Positions 1-12,010 of a DNA stretch of 64,000 nt are shown piece after piece. Location of the stretch: assembly GCA_963843575.1 (NCBI GenBank), contig CAWJKZ010000014.1, positions 864,001 through 928,000 on the forward strand. The letters run 5' to 3'. This DNA comes from an uncultured Acidobacteriota bacterium. Lineage in GTDB: Bacteria; Acidobacteriota; UBA6911. Below the pieces are notes generated by a model, which was not told the DNA's origin, made no database searches, and saw only the letters and a program-made list of their open reading frames with translations. The position numbers and the translations under genes are program-made. Position 1 is the stretch's first letter; every line of letters starts with the position of its first letter.

Positions 1-2749
1 GCGGGGAGCGCGCCCGCGCCTCCGCGATCGGGATCAGCGCACGCTGCGGCGATCGTCCCTTGTGTTGCGCACGCGCTTCCTCCTGCGCCTTCCGGTTCTC
101 CTCGACGAACGCGCCGCGCAGCGCATCGCCGAACAGGCTCCCGACAACCCCCACGGCACGGGAGGCGTCGGGGACGTGGACCACCGGGCCGTGATAGGCG
201 GGGGCGATCTTCACGGCGGTGTGCACCCGGCTCGTCGTGGCCCCGCCGATGAGCAGCGGCAGCTCAAAACCGCAGCGTTCCATTTCACGCGCCACGTGCA
301 CCATCTCGTCGAGCGACGGCGTGATCAGGCCGCTCAATCCGATGGCGTCGGCGCGCTGCTCGCGGGCCGTCTTCAGGATCTTGTCGCAGGGCACCATGAC
401 GCCGAGGTCGATCACCTCGTAGTTGTTGCAGCCGAGCACGACCCCCACGATGTTCTTCCCTATGTCGTGAACGTCCCCCTTGACCGTGGCCAGGACGATT
501 CGACCGGAGCTCTTGTAGGATCCGGACGCGTGCTTCTCGCTCTCCATGAACGGCAGCAGGAAAGCGACCGCCTTCTTCATCACCCGCGCGCTCTTGACGA
601 CCTGGGGGAGGAACATCTTCCCCGCGCCGAACAGGTCGCCCACGACGTTCATCCCGCTCATCAGCGGGCCCTCGATCACGGCGAGCGGCCTGCCGTACTT
701 CACCCTGGCCTCCTCCACATCCGCCTCGATGTGGTCGGTAATGCCTTTGACCAGGGCGTGGCTGAGGCGTTCCTCCACTGGAGCCGCGCGCCAGGCGTCT
801 TCGGCCACCAGCGGCTTCCCGCCGGACTTGAAAGACTCGGCGAACTTAACCAGGCGCTCCGTGGCGTCGGGCCGCCGGTTCAGCAGCACGTCCTCGACGT
901 GTTCCCGCAGGTCGGGCGGGATCTCCTCGTAGACGGCCAGCTGTCCGGCGTTCACGATCCCCATATCCATCCCGGCGCGGATGGCGTGGTACAGGAACGC
1001 CGCATGCATCGCCTCGCGGACCGGGTTGTTGCCGCGAAACGCAAAGGATACGTTGCTGACCCCGCCGCTCACCTTGCACAGGGTGAGCGATTGCTTGATC
1101 CGGCGCGTGGCCTCGAAAAAGCTCACCGCGTAGTCGTTGTGCTCCTCGATGCCGGTCCCGACCGTCAGGACGTTCGGATCGAAGATGATGTCCTGCGGGG
1201 GAAATCCCACGTCGCGGGTCAGGATCGTGTAGGCCCGGGCGCAGACCTCGACGCGGCGGTCCGTGGTCGCCGCCTGGCCCGCCTCGTCGAACGCCATCAC
1301 GACCACGGCCGCCCCGTAGCGCCGGGCCAGCCGCGCATGCCCGCGAAAGACCTCCTCCCCTTCCTTGAGGCTCAGGGAGTTGATGACCGGCTTGCCCTGC
1401 AGGCACTTCAGCCCCGCCTCGATGACTTCCCACTTCGAGCTGTCGATCATGACCGGGACACGGGCGATGTCGGGCTCCGAAGAGACGAGGTTCAGGAACC
1501 GGACCATCGCCTCCTTCGAATCGAGCATCCCCTCGTCCATGTTGACGTCGATAATCTGCGCCCCTCCCTCCACCTGCTGCCGTGCCACCGCCAGCGCCTC
1601 TTCGAACTGGCCGGCGAGGATCAGCTTCGCGAACTTCGGCGAGCCGGTCACGTTCGTGCGCTCGCCGACATTGACGAAGTTCGCATCCGGTCTGAGGTTC
1701 AGCGCCTCCAGCCCTGCCAGTCGCGTGTAGGGTTCGGGCCGGGCGGGAACCCGCGGGGCGAACGGGGCCACAGCCTCCGCGATCGCGCTGACGTGTTCGG
1801 GGGTCGTGCCGCAGCAGCCACCCACCACGTTCAGCCAGCCGGCTTCCGCGAACCCCGCCAGGATCGAGGCCATCTCCCCTGGAGACTGGTCGTACTCGCC
1901 GAACGCGTTCGGCAGGCCGGCATTCGGATAGCAGCTGACGTAAACGGGGACCAGGCCGGACAATTCTTCGATGTAGGGCCTCATCTCCCGCGCCCCGAGG
2001 GCACAATTCACCCCCACGCTCACCGGGCTGGCGTGCGAAACCGAGTTCCAGAACGCTTCCGGGGTCTGCCCCGAGAGGGTCCGGCCACTGGCGTCCGTTA
2101 TGGTCACCGAGATCATTACGGGAAGCCGGCAGCCGGTCTCGTCGAAACAAGACTCGATGGCGAACAGGGCTGCTTTTGCATTGAGCGTGTCGAATATGGT
2201 CTCGACCAGCAACAGGTCGACGCCCTCCTCGACAAGCCCCCTGACCTGGTCCAGGTAGGCAGCCGCGAGCTGGTCGAACGTCACGGACCGGTAGGCGGGA
2301 TTGTTCACGTCGGGAGACATCGACGCGGTCTTGTTTGTGGGGCCCAGCGCCCCAGCGACAAACCGGGGCCGGCCGCCGTCGAGCGCCATCTGCCTGTCGG
2401 CGGCGCGGCGCGCCAGACGCGCGGCTGCGGCGTTGATCTCCCGGGCGAGGTGCTCCATTCGGTAGTCCGCGAGCGAGATCGCGTTGGCGTTGAAGGTGTT
2501 CGTCTCGATAACATCCGCACCTGCCCGGAGGTACTGCACGTGGATGTCCTCGATGACCGCGGGCTGCGTCAGCGACAGCAGATCGTTGTTCCCCGACAGG
2601 TCGCAGCCGTGGTCCAGGAACCGGGCGCCGCGATAGTCCGACTCCGCGAGGCGGCAGCGCTGGATCATCGTCCCCATCGCCCCGTCGAGCACGAGGATCC
2701 TCTTCCTCAACGAGTTTTCGAATACTGCGGCGCTCTCGGTTCTCAACAA
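1..2749 (-). CDS. metH: B12-dependent methionine synthase, 5' part (runs off the left edge)
   Basis: Reverse strand reads TTG-..[17 protein letters not shown], then [22 protein letters not shown] and [10 protein letters not shown]. It is absent from the ORF track because its stop lies outside the window. Start TTG at 2749 or 2746 after GGGGGAA. Confidence 0.95.
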   Translation of the reverse strand, partial: MLRTESAAVFENSLRKRILVLDGAMGTMIQRCRLAESDYRGARFLDHGCDLSGNNDLLSLTQPAVIEDIHVQYLRAGADVIETNTFNANAISLADYRMEHLAREINAAAARLARRAADRQMALDGGRPRFVAGALGPTNKTASMSPDVNNPAYRSVTFDQLAAAYLDQVRGLVEEGVDLLLVETIFDTLNAKAALFAIESCFDETGCRLPVMISVTITDASGRTLSGQTPEAFWNSVSHASPVSVGVNCALGAREMRPYIEELSGLVPVYVSCYPNAGLPNAFGEYDQSPGEMASILAGFAEAGWLNVVGGCCGTTPEHVSAIAEAVAPFAPRVPARPEPYTRLAGLEALNLRPDANFVNVGERTNVTGSPKFAKLILAGQFEEALAVARQQVEGGAQIIDVNMDEGMLDSKEAMVRFLNLVSSEPDIARVPVMIDSSKWEVIEAGLKCLQGKPVINSLSLKEGEEVFRGHARLARRYGAAVVVMAFDEAGQAATTDRRVEVCARAYTILTRDVGFPPQDIIFDPNVLTVGTGIEEHNDYAVSFFEATRRIKQSLTLCKVSGGVSNVSFAFRGNNPVREAMHAAFLYHAIRAGMDMGIVNAGQLAVYEEIPPDLREHVEDVLLNRRPDATERLVKFAESFKSGGKPLVAEDAWRAAPVEERLSHALVKGITDHIEADVEEARVKYGRPLAVIEGPLMSGMNVVGDLFGAGKMFLPQVVKSARVMKKAVAFLLPFMESEKHASGSYKSSGRIVLATVKGDVHDIGKNIVGVVLGCNNYEVIDLGVMVPCDKILKTAREQRADAIGLSGLITPSLDEMVHVAREMERCGFELPLLIGGATTSRVHTAVKIAPAYHGPVVHVPDASRAVGVVGSLFGDALRGAFVEENRKAQEEARAQHKGRSPQRALIPIAEARARSP

Positions 2750-2834
2750 TTTCCCCCGATGGCTGACATCCCGACTATAGTCAGGAGATTATCGGCTTTC
2801 CCCGACGGATTCAAATTCGTCTTTGGGATTGTCT

Positions 2835-3203
2835 TCAGGCCTCGAACGAACCGGGCGCTCGGCCGATCGCCGGCGGTTCCGCCAGGCCCCCGGGGAGGCA
2901 CTGCGGACATGGACAAATAGCGCGCAGGTAGTCAAAGGTGTAGATCCCGGTCGTGTGCCGGTCGCTCCAGCCAAAGTGCAGCGCGTAGTTTCCCACCGGA
3001 TCGATGCTCACCCTCTCGAGGGACGAGGGGATGCTTCCGGGTTCGACGCGCCGGACCCCGCTGAATTCCTCGACGCAGAGGGCGCAGGGGCACTTCTCCC
3101 GCAGGTACCAGGACGGGTAGGAGCTGACATGCCCGTCGCTCCAGAAAACGTCGGTCCGGGCCGGGCTGACCCGCTTCACCAGTTTGGGCATCAGATAAGG
3201 CAC
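2835..3203 (-). CDS. DUF971 (GBBH-like N-terminal) small Cys-containing protein
   Basis: WSDGH..YLREKCPCALC..VGNYAL..WSDRHTTGIYTFDYLR pattern; start may be 3191. Confidence 0.85.
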   Translation of the reverse strand: MPYLMPKLVKRVSPARTDVFWSDGHVSSYPSWYLREKCPCALCVEEFSGVRRVEPGSIPSSLERVSIDPVGNYALHFGWSDRHTTGIYTFDYLRAICPCPQCLPGGLAEPPAIGRAPGSFEA

Positions 3204-3485
3204 GGTATCTCCATGGAATTGACGGGTTCGCGCAGATCGGCCGCGCCCGGCATTCCGCCACGAGGACTGCCTCGGGCACGGCCTGTTACCAATGTCTGTA
3301 TCTTTGATCTGCGTTGATCCGCGGCCAAATGAAACCGACTATTAAGGATACCACTAGCACCATGCGAGTGCGCCGCGTTGGGCACGGCGTCCGGGCGCCA
3401 CCGCAACTTCGGGCTTGCAGGATGGACGCTGGCGGGGCGCCGGGGTGCCGCACTCGGTAACCTGATTGTGTATACTGCTAGGGTC

Positions 3486-5464
3486 ATGAAAAAAGCCGCG
3501 ACAGCACTCTTCCTCCTTCTGGCTGCCTGCGTGTCACCGGCCTACCCGCAGGGAGCCGCCGAAAGGCCCGTCCAGTGGACGGGCGCGGGCCCGGACAAAC
3601 CGGTTCGGCCGGGCGAGACTTTCGAAGTCCGCCTGGAGGCCGCCATCGCCGGAGCATGGCATCTGTACTCCGCCACCCAGCCGCCGGGCGGGCCCAATCC
3701 CACACGTTTCTCCCTCGTGTCGGGCGACCCGTTCAAGCTGACGGGCGCGATCCGTCAGTCGCCCCCGAAGACCCAGTTCGACGCCAACTTCGGCATCGAG
3801 ACGGAGTATTTCGCCGAGTCGGCCGATTTCCGGCTCGGAGTGACGTCGGCCGCGACGGCGCGACCCGGCGACTACACGGTGCAAGTGCAGGCGGTCTACC
3901 AGGTCTGCGACGACCAGGTGTGCCTGCCGCCCACGAAGGTTCCCGTGCCCGTAAAGGTCACGATCGCCGGCCCGCCTGCACCGGCGGCCGCTGCCGCACA
4001 GCCCGCGGCGCCGGACGTGGGCTCCGCCCCTGTTCAGCACAAGGCACCCGCCGCCTCCCGGGTCGCGCGAAACCGCGCCGACCCAGACCCCGGCGGCCGG
4101 TCCGCGTGCTCCCACTGGGACCGCGGCCGAGGTGCAGGAAGCGCGGTCCAAGCGGGTTCCTGCCGTTCCTCTGGCTTTCGATGACGATGGGGGCCCTGTC
4201 GCTGGCGACGCCTTGCGTGTTCCCGATGATCCCGATCACGGTCTCCTATTTCACCAAGAGCGCGGAATCGCACCGCGCGTCAGGGATCCGGCAGGCGCTC
4301 GTCTATTGCCTCGGGATCGTCGCGACGTTCACGGGACTGGGGCTCGGGCTGGCCGCGCTTCTGGGCGCCACCGGGATCAACCAGTTCGCCGCGAACCCCT
4401 GGCTGAACCTCTTGATCACGGCGGTGTTCCTCGGCTTCGCCCTGAACCTGTTCGGGCTGTACCAGATCGGCGTTCCATCGAGCGTGCTGACGCGACTGTC
4501 GAAGGCCGGCGGCGGCGGCGGCTACCTCCAGGCCCTGTTGATGGGACTGACCTTTACCCTGACGAGCTTCACCTGCACGGTGCCGTTTGTCGGCACCGTG
4601 CTGGTCGCCACCGCCCAGGGCGAATGGCTCTGGCCCGCGCTGGGGATGCTCGGTTTTTCCGTGGTGTTTGCCGCTCCCTTTTTCGTCCTCGCGCTGATCC
4701 CGCAAATGCTCACCAGCCTGCCCCGCAGCGGCGGCTGGCTGAATTCCGTCAAGGTGACGATGGGTTTTCTCGAGGTGGCGGCGGCGATGAAATTCATCTC
4801 GAACGTCGACCTCGTCTGGGGCTGGCGCGTCTTCACCCGGGAAGTGGTCCTGGCCGTGTGGATCGCCGTCGCGGTCCTCGCCACCGTGTACCTGCTCGGC
4901 AAGTTCCGGCTGCCCCACGACACCCCGGTGGAGAACCTCGGGGTGATGCGGATGATGTCGGCCATGGTCTTTCTGGCGCTTGGTTTCTATCTTTTAACCG
5001 GCCTGATGGGAGGGAGCCTCGGAGAACTGGACGCGTTTCTCCCTCCCCGCACCTCCGGAGGCCTGCACCTGACGGGGAGCGGCACTCCCGGCCAGGAACT
5101 CACGTGGCACACCAGGCTGGATGCGGCGCTGGCTCAGGCGCGGCAGGAGGGGAAACCCGTGTTCGTCGATTTCACCGGCTACACGTGCACGAACTGCCGC
5201 TGGATGGAAGCGAACATCTTCCCGCGGCCCGAGATCCACTCCGAACTGCAGCGCTTCGTCCGCGTGCAGCTGTACACCGACGGCACCGGCCAGGAATACG
5301 AGGACAACCAGAAGTATCAGAAGGAGACCTACGGAACGGTCGCACTGCCGCTGTATGTCATCCTCGACCCGCAGGGCGAGACGGTCGCCACGTTTCCGGG
5401 CATGACCCGGAAACCCGAGGAATTCCGCGCCTTCCTGCGCACCCACGCGGCCGGCGGCCTGTAG
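3486..5464 (+). CDS. dsbD: Thiol:disulfide interchange protein DsbD (frameshift near 4050-4150)
   Basis: Signal peptide, N-domain VCDDQVCLPP, TM domain TPCVFPMIP and FTCTVP, thioredoxin domain CTNC; spread over ORFs 3378..4184 and 3575..5464. Confidence 0.88.
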
Positions 5465-5499
5465 CACCCGGGGCTGCGCGCGTCGGAGTCGGCAGCAGG

Positions 5500-6690
5500 T
5501 CAGCGCGCCGCGAACACCGCGATCATGATCAGCACGACGACGGCCTGGGCGCGCCGGACCCGCTCGGGTGCCGGGCCTTAAGATCGTGCCAGAAGCGGGC
5601 GAGCCACAGCAGCAGGGCCACGAGCGCAACGCTCCACGCGAAACAGCCCAGGTAGCCCTTCTCCATCCCCAGGACAGGCCCGAGGTGCTTCCCCCGCATC
5701 ACCGCGAAGATGAGCCACAGGTGAACCCCGTAGACGAGCAGCGATTCCTGTCCGGCCACGCGAACCGCGTCCAGCAGCCGGGACCGGCACCCCCTGGATG
5801 CGGAAGAGCACCGCGCAGATCAGCAGCACGCAACCAATGCGCAGCGCCACGTAAAGTGGGCTGGTCGTGTAGAAGCTGACATAGCCCGGCAGCGTGAAAG
5901 GCAGGGACCGGCCCAGCAAGGCCAGGGGAATCACGGCCGCACCGACGAGCGCGACCCGACGCATGTAGCGGGCGACCGATCCGCGCGGCGACGGCCTCCA
6001 GGAAAAGACGCCCGGCGCACGCTCCCGCCAGCACGAAAGCGGTCCACGGAAAGAGCGGGAACAACGAGGTGCCGTGCGGGTTGAGAAATAGCGCGAGCGA
6101 CAGCGGCAGCCGCCGGGTGAAATCGATGCTCCACACCAGGGGTGTGGCCACAACGATGGCCGCCGCGGCGAGGCCCGCCCCCCACAAGACGCGGCGCGGC
6201 CTGCGCAGCACGAAAATGAGGAGGTGCACCAGCAGCAGGGACGCGACGATACACTGGAGTATGTCGACCTGGAGCGCTCTCCTTCCAGATACCCGGGTCG
6301 TCCGGCCGGGCGTACTTGCTCCACCGGAATCCCTGGAGGTGGCTGTAGTACGCCACGAGGACGATGAAACCGAGCCGGCGCATCTGCCGCCAGAAGGGAG
6401 GCCGGAACCGCAGCCAGTCGTCCCATTGGCGGCTGGCCAGCAGCATAACGGAGAAACCGGCGGCGAACAAGAAGGTCGGGGCGACCAGGCCGTTGACAAA
6501 CGAGAGCCAGAAGAAAACGGGGGCGTGCCTCGCCCCCGCGCCGAGGTAGGCGTTCACGACGTGGGTCTCGATCATCACCACGAGCGCGAAGCCCCGCAAC
6601 AGGTCTATGAACGCATAGCGCGTGCCCGCGCGCGTGCTCGGGGACCGCCGCACTTCGCATCGCCTTTTCCAGGGGGACTGCCGTTGCCAT
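5500..6690 (-). CDS. DUF1624 / HGSNAT-like membrane acyltransferase (several frameshifts)
   Basis: RYAFIDLLRGFALVVMIETH, VDILQCI, FPLFPW, QESLLVYGVHL across ORFs 5931..6653, 5699..6499, 5578..6690 and 5529..5759. Confidence 0.75.
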
Positions 6691-6753
6691 CGCCGACGCC
6701 TGCCGAGAGAGAGAGGGCGCCGGCGCGCGCCGGGCGGCGCGCCGGTCGATCCG

Positions 6754-6987
6754 TCAGGGCTTGGGAGTCAGCGGCGGCAGCTTGCGCGCTTCCACCTCGG
6801 ACTGGAACCCGATCCGGTTGTGGCTGCCGTCGCAGAACGGCTTGTTGGCCGACGCGCCGCAGCGGCAGAGGGATATGGCATCCCGTCCCGCCAGATCAAA
6901 CGCGTTGCCGCTGGCGTCCCTGATGACGAACGTCCCGGATACCCGCAGGGGGCCGTTCTTGTTGCAGGTGATGTTCACGTCACTCAT
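6754..6987 (-). CDS. CDGSH iron-sulfur domain protein
   Basis: NGPLRV..LCRCGASANKPFCDGSH; ATG at 6987 after GGAG. Confidence 0.92.
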   Translation of the reverse strand: MSDVNITCNKNGPLRVSGTFVIRDASGNAFDLAGRDAISLCRCGASANKPFCDGSHNRIGFQSEVEARKLPPLTPKP

Positions 6988-7110
6988 GGTCGTCTCCGTG
7001 TGTCGCACCGATTTCTCATGGCCGAAGCGTGCGCGAGCCGCACAATCGAGGCCTGACAGTTTGAATGAGAATCGGCGGCACCGCAAGCGCCAAAAGCCCC
7101 CGGCTGCGCG

Positions 7111-7119
7111 TGCTATAAT
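7111..7119 (+). promoter_or_regulatory. Extended -10 (TGcTATAAT), probably leaderless transcript
   Basis: Perfect TGnTATAAT 7 nt before ATG 7127; no SD in between. Confidence 0.65.
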
Positions 7120-7126
7120 GCGCGCC

Positions 7127-8000
7127 ATGATCGTGAACGTGGGGCTCATCCAGACGACGCCCGGACCGGACCCGGAACGGAACCTGGAAAAGGCCGTGGA
7201 ACTGGTCCGGCAGGCCGCCGCGCGCGGGGCGCAGATCGTCTGCCTCCCCGAGCTGTTCAAGTCGCTCTACTTCTGCCAGACCGAGCAGCACGCGAACTTC
7301 GGCCTCGCGGAAGACATCCCGGGCCCCACCACTCGGCAGATGTCGGACCTCGCCGCGGAACTCGAGGTCGTCCTCATCGTTCCGCTGTTCGAACGCCGCG
7401 CCCCGGGGATCTATCACAACTCGGCAGCCGTGATCGACGCCGACGGCAGTTACCTCGGCAAGTACCGGAAGATGCACATCCCGGACGATCCCCTCTTTCA
7501 CGAGAAGTTCTACTTCACACCCGGGGACCTGGGATTCGCGGCCTGGGACACGCGCTACGGCCGGATCGGCGTCCTGATCTGCTGGGACCAGTGGTACCCC
7601 GAGGCCGCACGCCTGACGGCACTCGGCGGAGCTCAGATACTGTTTTACCCCACTGCCATCGGGTGGCTCCCGGCGGAGAAGGCGGAATTCGGCGCGACGC
7701 AGCACGCCGCATGGGAGACGGTCCAGCGGAGCCACGCCATCGCCAACGGCGTCTACGTCGTCGCCGTCAATCGCGTCGGCCATGAAGGCGAGGCTGTCGG
7801 GAGGGATCGAGTTCTGGGGCGCGAGCTTCGTGTGCGATCCCGGAGGGACCATCGTGCAGAGGGCGTCCCACGACCGCGAGGAGACCCTCGTCGTCCCCTG
7901 CGACCTGCAGCAGATCGACATCGTCCGCACGCACTGGCCGTTTCTGCGCGACCGCAGGCTCGAGGCCTACCACGACATCACCCGGAGATACCTCGACTGA
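7127..8000 (+). CDS. aguB: Carbon-nitrogen hydrolase, N-carbamoylputrescine amidase-like (frameshift near 7800)
   Basis: Nitrilase triad motifs LPELF, YRKMHIPDDP, ICWDQWYPE; C-terminus RTHWPFLRDRR in ORF 7782..8000. Confidence 0.82.
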
Positions 8001-8024
8001 CCCCGCTGCCCCGCCGATGCCCTA

Positions 8025-8250
8025 AGTGGTCACTTACATGAATACGATGACGTTATTTCGGACGCAGATGGACGCGAATCGTATAGTTGGTGCTGATGTT
8101 CACCAATACGCTACGGCGTTTTTCAGGACGCGGATTTGCGCGGACTCACACGGATCTACCTGGCGAAAGGCCGCGTCCGGCATTCCGCATGAATCCGCGG
8201 AATCTGCGTCCTCCTGAATAATAAGTCAGCGTACTTTTGAAATTGTGCCC
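8025..8250. mobile_element. Non-autonomous inverted-repeat element, family A copy 1 (with an extra partial left end)
   Basis: Shares CTGATGTTCAC.AATACGC..TTTTCAGGACGCGGAT..GGAATCTGCGTCC..TGAA.AATA.GTC..CGTACTT.TGA with 32647-32853. Confidence 0.7.
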
Positions 8251-9030
8251 TACGCCCCCTGCGCTGCACCCCGCGGCAGCGGCTTCCGCAACCACGACGC
8301 CAGGTATGCCCACGCCAGCCACAACCCCGGAACCAGCACCAGCACCAGGGTGAGCCAGCTGCCGTATATCCCGTCGGGCCCGTAGGCCTCGGTCGCATCG
8401 TGGATCGCGACGCTCCCGGGAAACACGCCCGCCTCCGCAAGTTCGTGAACCCCGTAAATGACCAGCTGGAGGGTGAAGACGAGCAGGAAAACCGCCGTGA
8501 CCTGCAGGACGCGGCGCAGGTCCACCCGGCTGCCGTACCGGGCCCAGAGCGCCGCCAGGAGAGCTGCGGCAGCCAGGCCGAGGCAGGCGCCGGCGGCGAT
8601 ACGCGCCGCCTTCATCTGAAACATCAGCGTCCCCAGCAACAGAGCCGTTTCCATCCCCTCGCGGGTGATCATGAGAACGGTAAATAGGAAAACCCCGGCC
8701 CACGCCGCACGGCCCGATCCGGCGGCCGCACCCAGCTCCCGGTGGATCTGCGCCCTGAGGTTGCGCGCCGTGCGCCACATGTGGACGACGAACGTCGCGA
8801 CCAGCGCCGCCGCCACCAGCGCCAGCCCCCCTTCCCACAACGATTGGTTGGCCGCGAAACGAAAAAAGATAGCCCGCCGCCGCGCTGGTCGCCACCGACG
8901 CCGCGACTCCCCAAAACACCGGCCGCACCAGGTCCTGCCGGCCCGTCTTGCGGAGATAAGACAAGCTTATTGCCACGATCAAAAAAGCTTCGATCCCTTC
9001 CCGCAGTGTCACGACAAACGCCTGAAACAT
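8250..9030 (-). CDS. FTR1/EfeU-family iron permease (frameshift near 8850)
   Basis: Two REGxE motifs (LREGIEA, TREGMET) and GVHELAEAG; hydrophobic segments. Confidence 0.88.
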
Positions 9031-9051
9031 CCGCCCCACCCCTCAGTTCAC

Positions 9052-9106
9052 GATGAAATATATTTTCATTATTGTTCTATATAATTGTTCTATAAACTCT
9101 TGTCAA
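9052..9106 (-). promoter_or_regulatory. sigma70 promoter with Fur-family-like operator for the FTR1 gene
   Basis: Minus strand TTGACA-17-TATATA followed by AATAATGAAAATATATTTCATC, an AT-rich island resembling a Fur box. Confidence 0.65.
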
Positions 9107-9346
9107 GACCACAACCCGATACCGCGAGGGTGTCGCGGGACGGTCCGGGAGATCCTGACCCATGGGGGTCTCAGTTCCGGCGCGGCTCGCCGGTTACGCT
9201 TTTGCTTGACCCTTCGGCGGCGATAGCCGAGGATGGCGCGCGCGGCGATCCCGCGCTGCAGAGGGGCGGAGAGCGGATCCGGCTCATGACGGCGATGTGC
9301 GCGGCGCGCAATCGGGATCGTGCCGGTCACGGAGGATTCCTGGACA

Positions 9347-10469
9347 GTGTCCCCCATTCCGGTTCTTGAAAATGTGCCTCTGGCCCCGCTGACGACGCTC
9401 GGCATCGGCGGCCCCGCCCGCTTCCTGGTCGATGCCCGCGACGAGGGCTCGGTCGCCGAGGCGCTGGAGTTCGCTCGGGCCCGATCGTGCCCCGTGTTCG
9501 TGCTCGGCGGGGGCAGCAACGTGCTCGTGGCGGACGCGGGCTTCCCGGGGCTGGTGCTGCGGGTGGGGTTGCTCGGCATCGACGGGCTCGACGGTCCCGG
9601 TGACGCCGTAGTGCGGGTCGCCGCCGGCGAGGGTTGGGACGCCTTCGTGGAGGCCTGCGTCCGGCGGGAGTACGCAGGGATCGAGTGCCTGAGCGGGATA
9701 CCGGGAAGCGCGGGAGGCGACGCCCGTGCAGAACGTGGGCGCCTACGGACAGGAGGTGGCCGAAGTGATCACGGCGCGTCCGGGTGCTCGACCGCGAGTC
9801 ACTGCGGTTCGTGGAGATCGGCAGGGCCGAGTGCGGTTTCGCGTACCGCTCGAGCATCTTCAACACGACGTGCGCCGACCGCTACGTGATCCTCAGCGTC
9901 GACTTCGCCCTGAGGCTGCACGGGGGCGCCGCGGGTCTCCTACCCGGACCTGCAAGCGTCAGTTCGAGGGGACGATCCGGGGCGGCGACCCTCGCCGAGG
10001 TGCGGGATAGCGGTGCTGCGGACCCGGGCGGCCAAGGCCATGGTGCTCGTGCCCGGCGACCCGGATGCGCGCAGCGCCGGGTCCTTTTTCAGGAACCCGG
10101 TGGTCGATCGCGCGCGAGTTTGACGCGAGTCGTCGAAGCCGCCCGCAACCGCCGGATCGTACCGCGGCCGAGACGCCCCCCTGCTTCCCCGCCCCGGACG
10201 GCCGATTCAAGATTCCCGCGGCGTGGCTCATCGAACGCGCCGGCTTCGCCAAGGGATACGGGACGGGCCGTGTCGGTGTGTCGCACCGCCACACGCTGGC
10301 CCTGGTGAACCGTGGCGGAGCGACGGCCGCCGAACTGCTGGCGCTAGCGCAGGAGATTCAGACCCGTGTGCGCGCCGTGTTCGGCGTCGACCTTGCGCCG
10401 GAGCCTGTTTTTGTCGGATTCTGGAACGAAGGGCCACGCCGTTTTCGAATAATCCGCGTGCTGCGGTAG
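9347..10469 (+). CDS. murB: UDP-N-acetylmuramate dehydrogenase (multiple frameshifts)
   Basis: TTLGIGGPA, LGGGSNVL, LSGIPGS, QNVGAYG, FAYRSS, SAGSFFRNP, AAWLIE, HTLALVN, LAPEP across several frames; GTG start after GGAGG. Confidence 0.9.
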
Positions 10470-10498
10470 TATAGGAACCTTGAGAACCGGAGGACAGG

Positions 10499-11099
10499 AT
10501 GAAAAAAATGTGGTTGGGTTGCCTCGGCATCGTCGTCGTGGGAGCGCTCATCGTCGGCTTCATGGTCAGCGGCACCTACAACGACATCGTGGGGCGGGAA
10601 CAGGCGGTGAACGCCCAGTGGGCGAAGGTCGAGAGTTCCTACCAGCGACGCGCGGACCTCGTGCCCAACCTGGTGAACACGGTCAAGGGTTACGCCGCGC
10701 ACGAGCGGGAAACCCTGGAGGCCGTGACGGCGTCCCGGGCGCAGGTCGGCTCCGTGCAGGCATCGCCCGACATCCTTGAACAAGCCCGCGGAGTTCGAGA
10801 AGTTCCAGCAGGCGCAGGCGGCGTTCTCCAACGCCCTGTCGCGCCTGCTGGTGGTCGTCGAGCGCTATCCGGATCTGAAGGCGAACCAGAACTTCATGGA
10901 CCTGCAGAGCCAGCTCGAGGGGACCGAGAACCGCATCAACGTCGAGCGCAACCGGTTCAACGACGCGGCTCAGAACTACAACACGCGGATCAAGCAGTTC
11001 CCGGCCGTCCTGATCGCCCGGCTGTTCGGGTTCCAGGAGAAGCAGTACTTCCAGGCGGCCGCAGGGAGCGAGCGGGCCCCCACCGTCGATTTCAAGTAA
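10499..11099 (+). CDS. lemA: LemA family protein (frameshift near 10778)
   Basis: YQRRADLVPNLV, ERYPDLKANQNF, LEGTENRI. Confidence 0.92.
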
Positions 11100-11112
11100 G
11101 AAACGGACTGCG

Positions 11113-11995
11113 ATGCTCAAGATTCTGATCGGCCTGGCGCTGCTGGTGCAGGTGCGCCCCGGTTACGGGCTGGATGTACCCAGGCTCGATCACCGGGTGA
11201 CGGACCTCGCTGGGTTGCTCACCCCCGAGCAGGTCGCGGGCCTGGACTCGAAGCTCCGCGATCTGGAGACGACCGACTCCACGCAGGTTGCCGTCCTCAT
11301 CATCCCCAGCCTGGAAGGCGAGCCGCTCGAGGACTATTCCGAGCGCGTGGCCACGGCGTGGCGGCTCGGGCAGAAGGGGCGCGACAACGGGGCGCTCCTC
11401 CTGGTGGCGATGAAGGAACGCAAGGTCCGGATCGAGGTGGGATACGGGCTCGAACCGACCCTCACCGATTTGAAGAGCCACCGCATTATCCAGGACGAGT
11501 TGGTCCCACGCTTCAGGCAGGGCGATTACTACGGCGGCATCGACGCCGCCGTCACCGCAATCATCCAGGTGGTGCGCGGGGAATACCAGGGGCCCGTCCG
11601 AGCCCGCGGGATCCGGCCGACGATCGGGCAGGTCGTTCGATTGGATCATCATCATGCTGCTCCCCCTGTTCTGGGTGTTGAGCGCGACGGGCAAGTGGGG
11701 AGGAGGGCTGCTGGGGGCCGGGGCCGGGGCGTTTCTCGGATACTCCCTGGCAGGTCCGTTCCTGGCCGCGATCCTCGCCGGGGGGGCACTGGGTGGACTC
11801 GCCGGCCTCTTCCTCGGCGCCCTGGTGCGTGCCGGCAACCGGCAGCCGCACCGCAGCCGCTGGGGCGGCGGCCCGTTTTTCCCGGGCGGCTTCTCCGGGG
11901 GTGGGGGGGGATTCTCGGGCGGCGGCTTCTCCGGAGGCGGCTTCTCCGGGGGCGGAGGGAGTTTTGGCGGCGGAGGCTCTTCCGGCAGTTGGTAG
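11113..11995 (+). CDS. TPM domain protein, YgcG-like, with Gly-rich tail (frameshift near 11630)
   Basis: VTDLAGLL, DNGALLLVA, RIEVGYGLE; tail GGGFSGGGGSFGGGGSSGSW. Confidence 0.88.
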
Positions 11996-12010
11996 TCCGG
12001 CCGCGATTGG

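Noticed and set aside
62-2920. 952-aa plus-strand ORF
   Set aside because: Antisense shadow of metH caused by high-GC codon bias; the minus strand carries the MetH motifs.
11870-11995. GGCGGCTTCTCCGG tandem repeats
   Set aside because: They encode the normal GGFSGG tail of TPM proteins; not an array.
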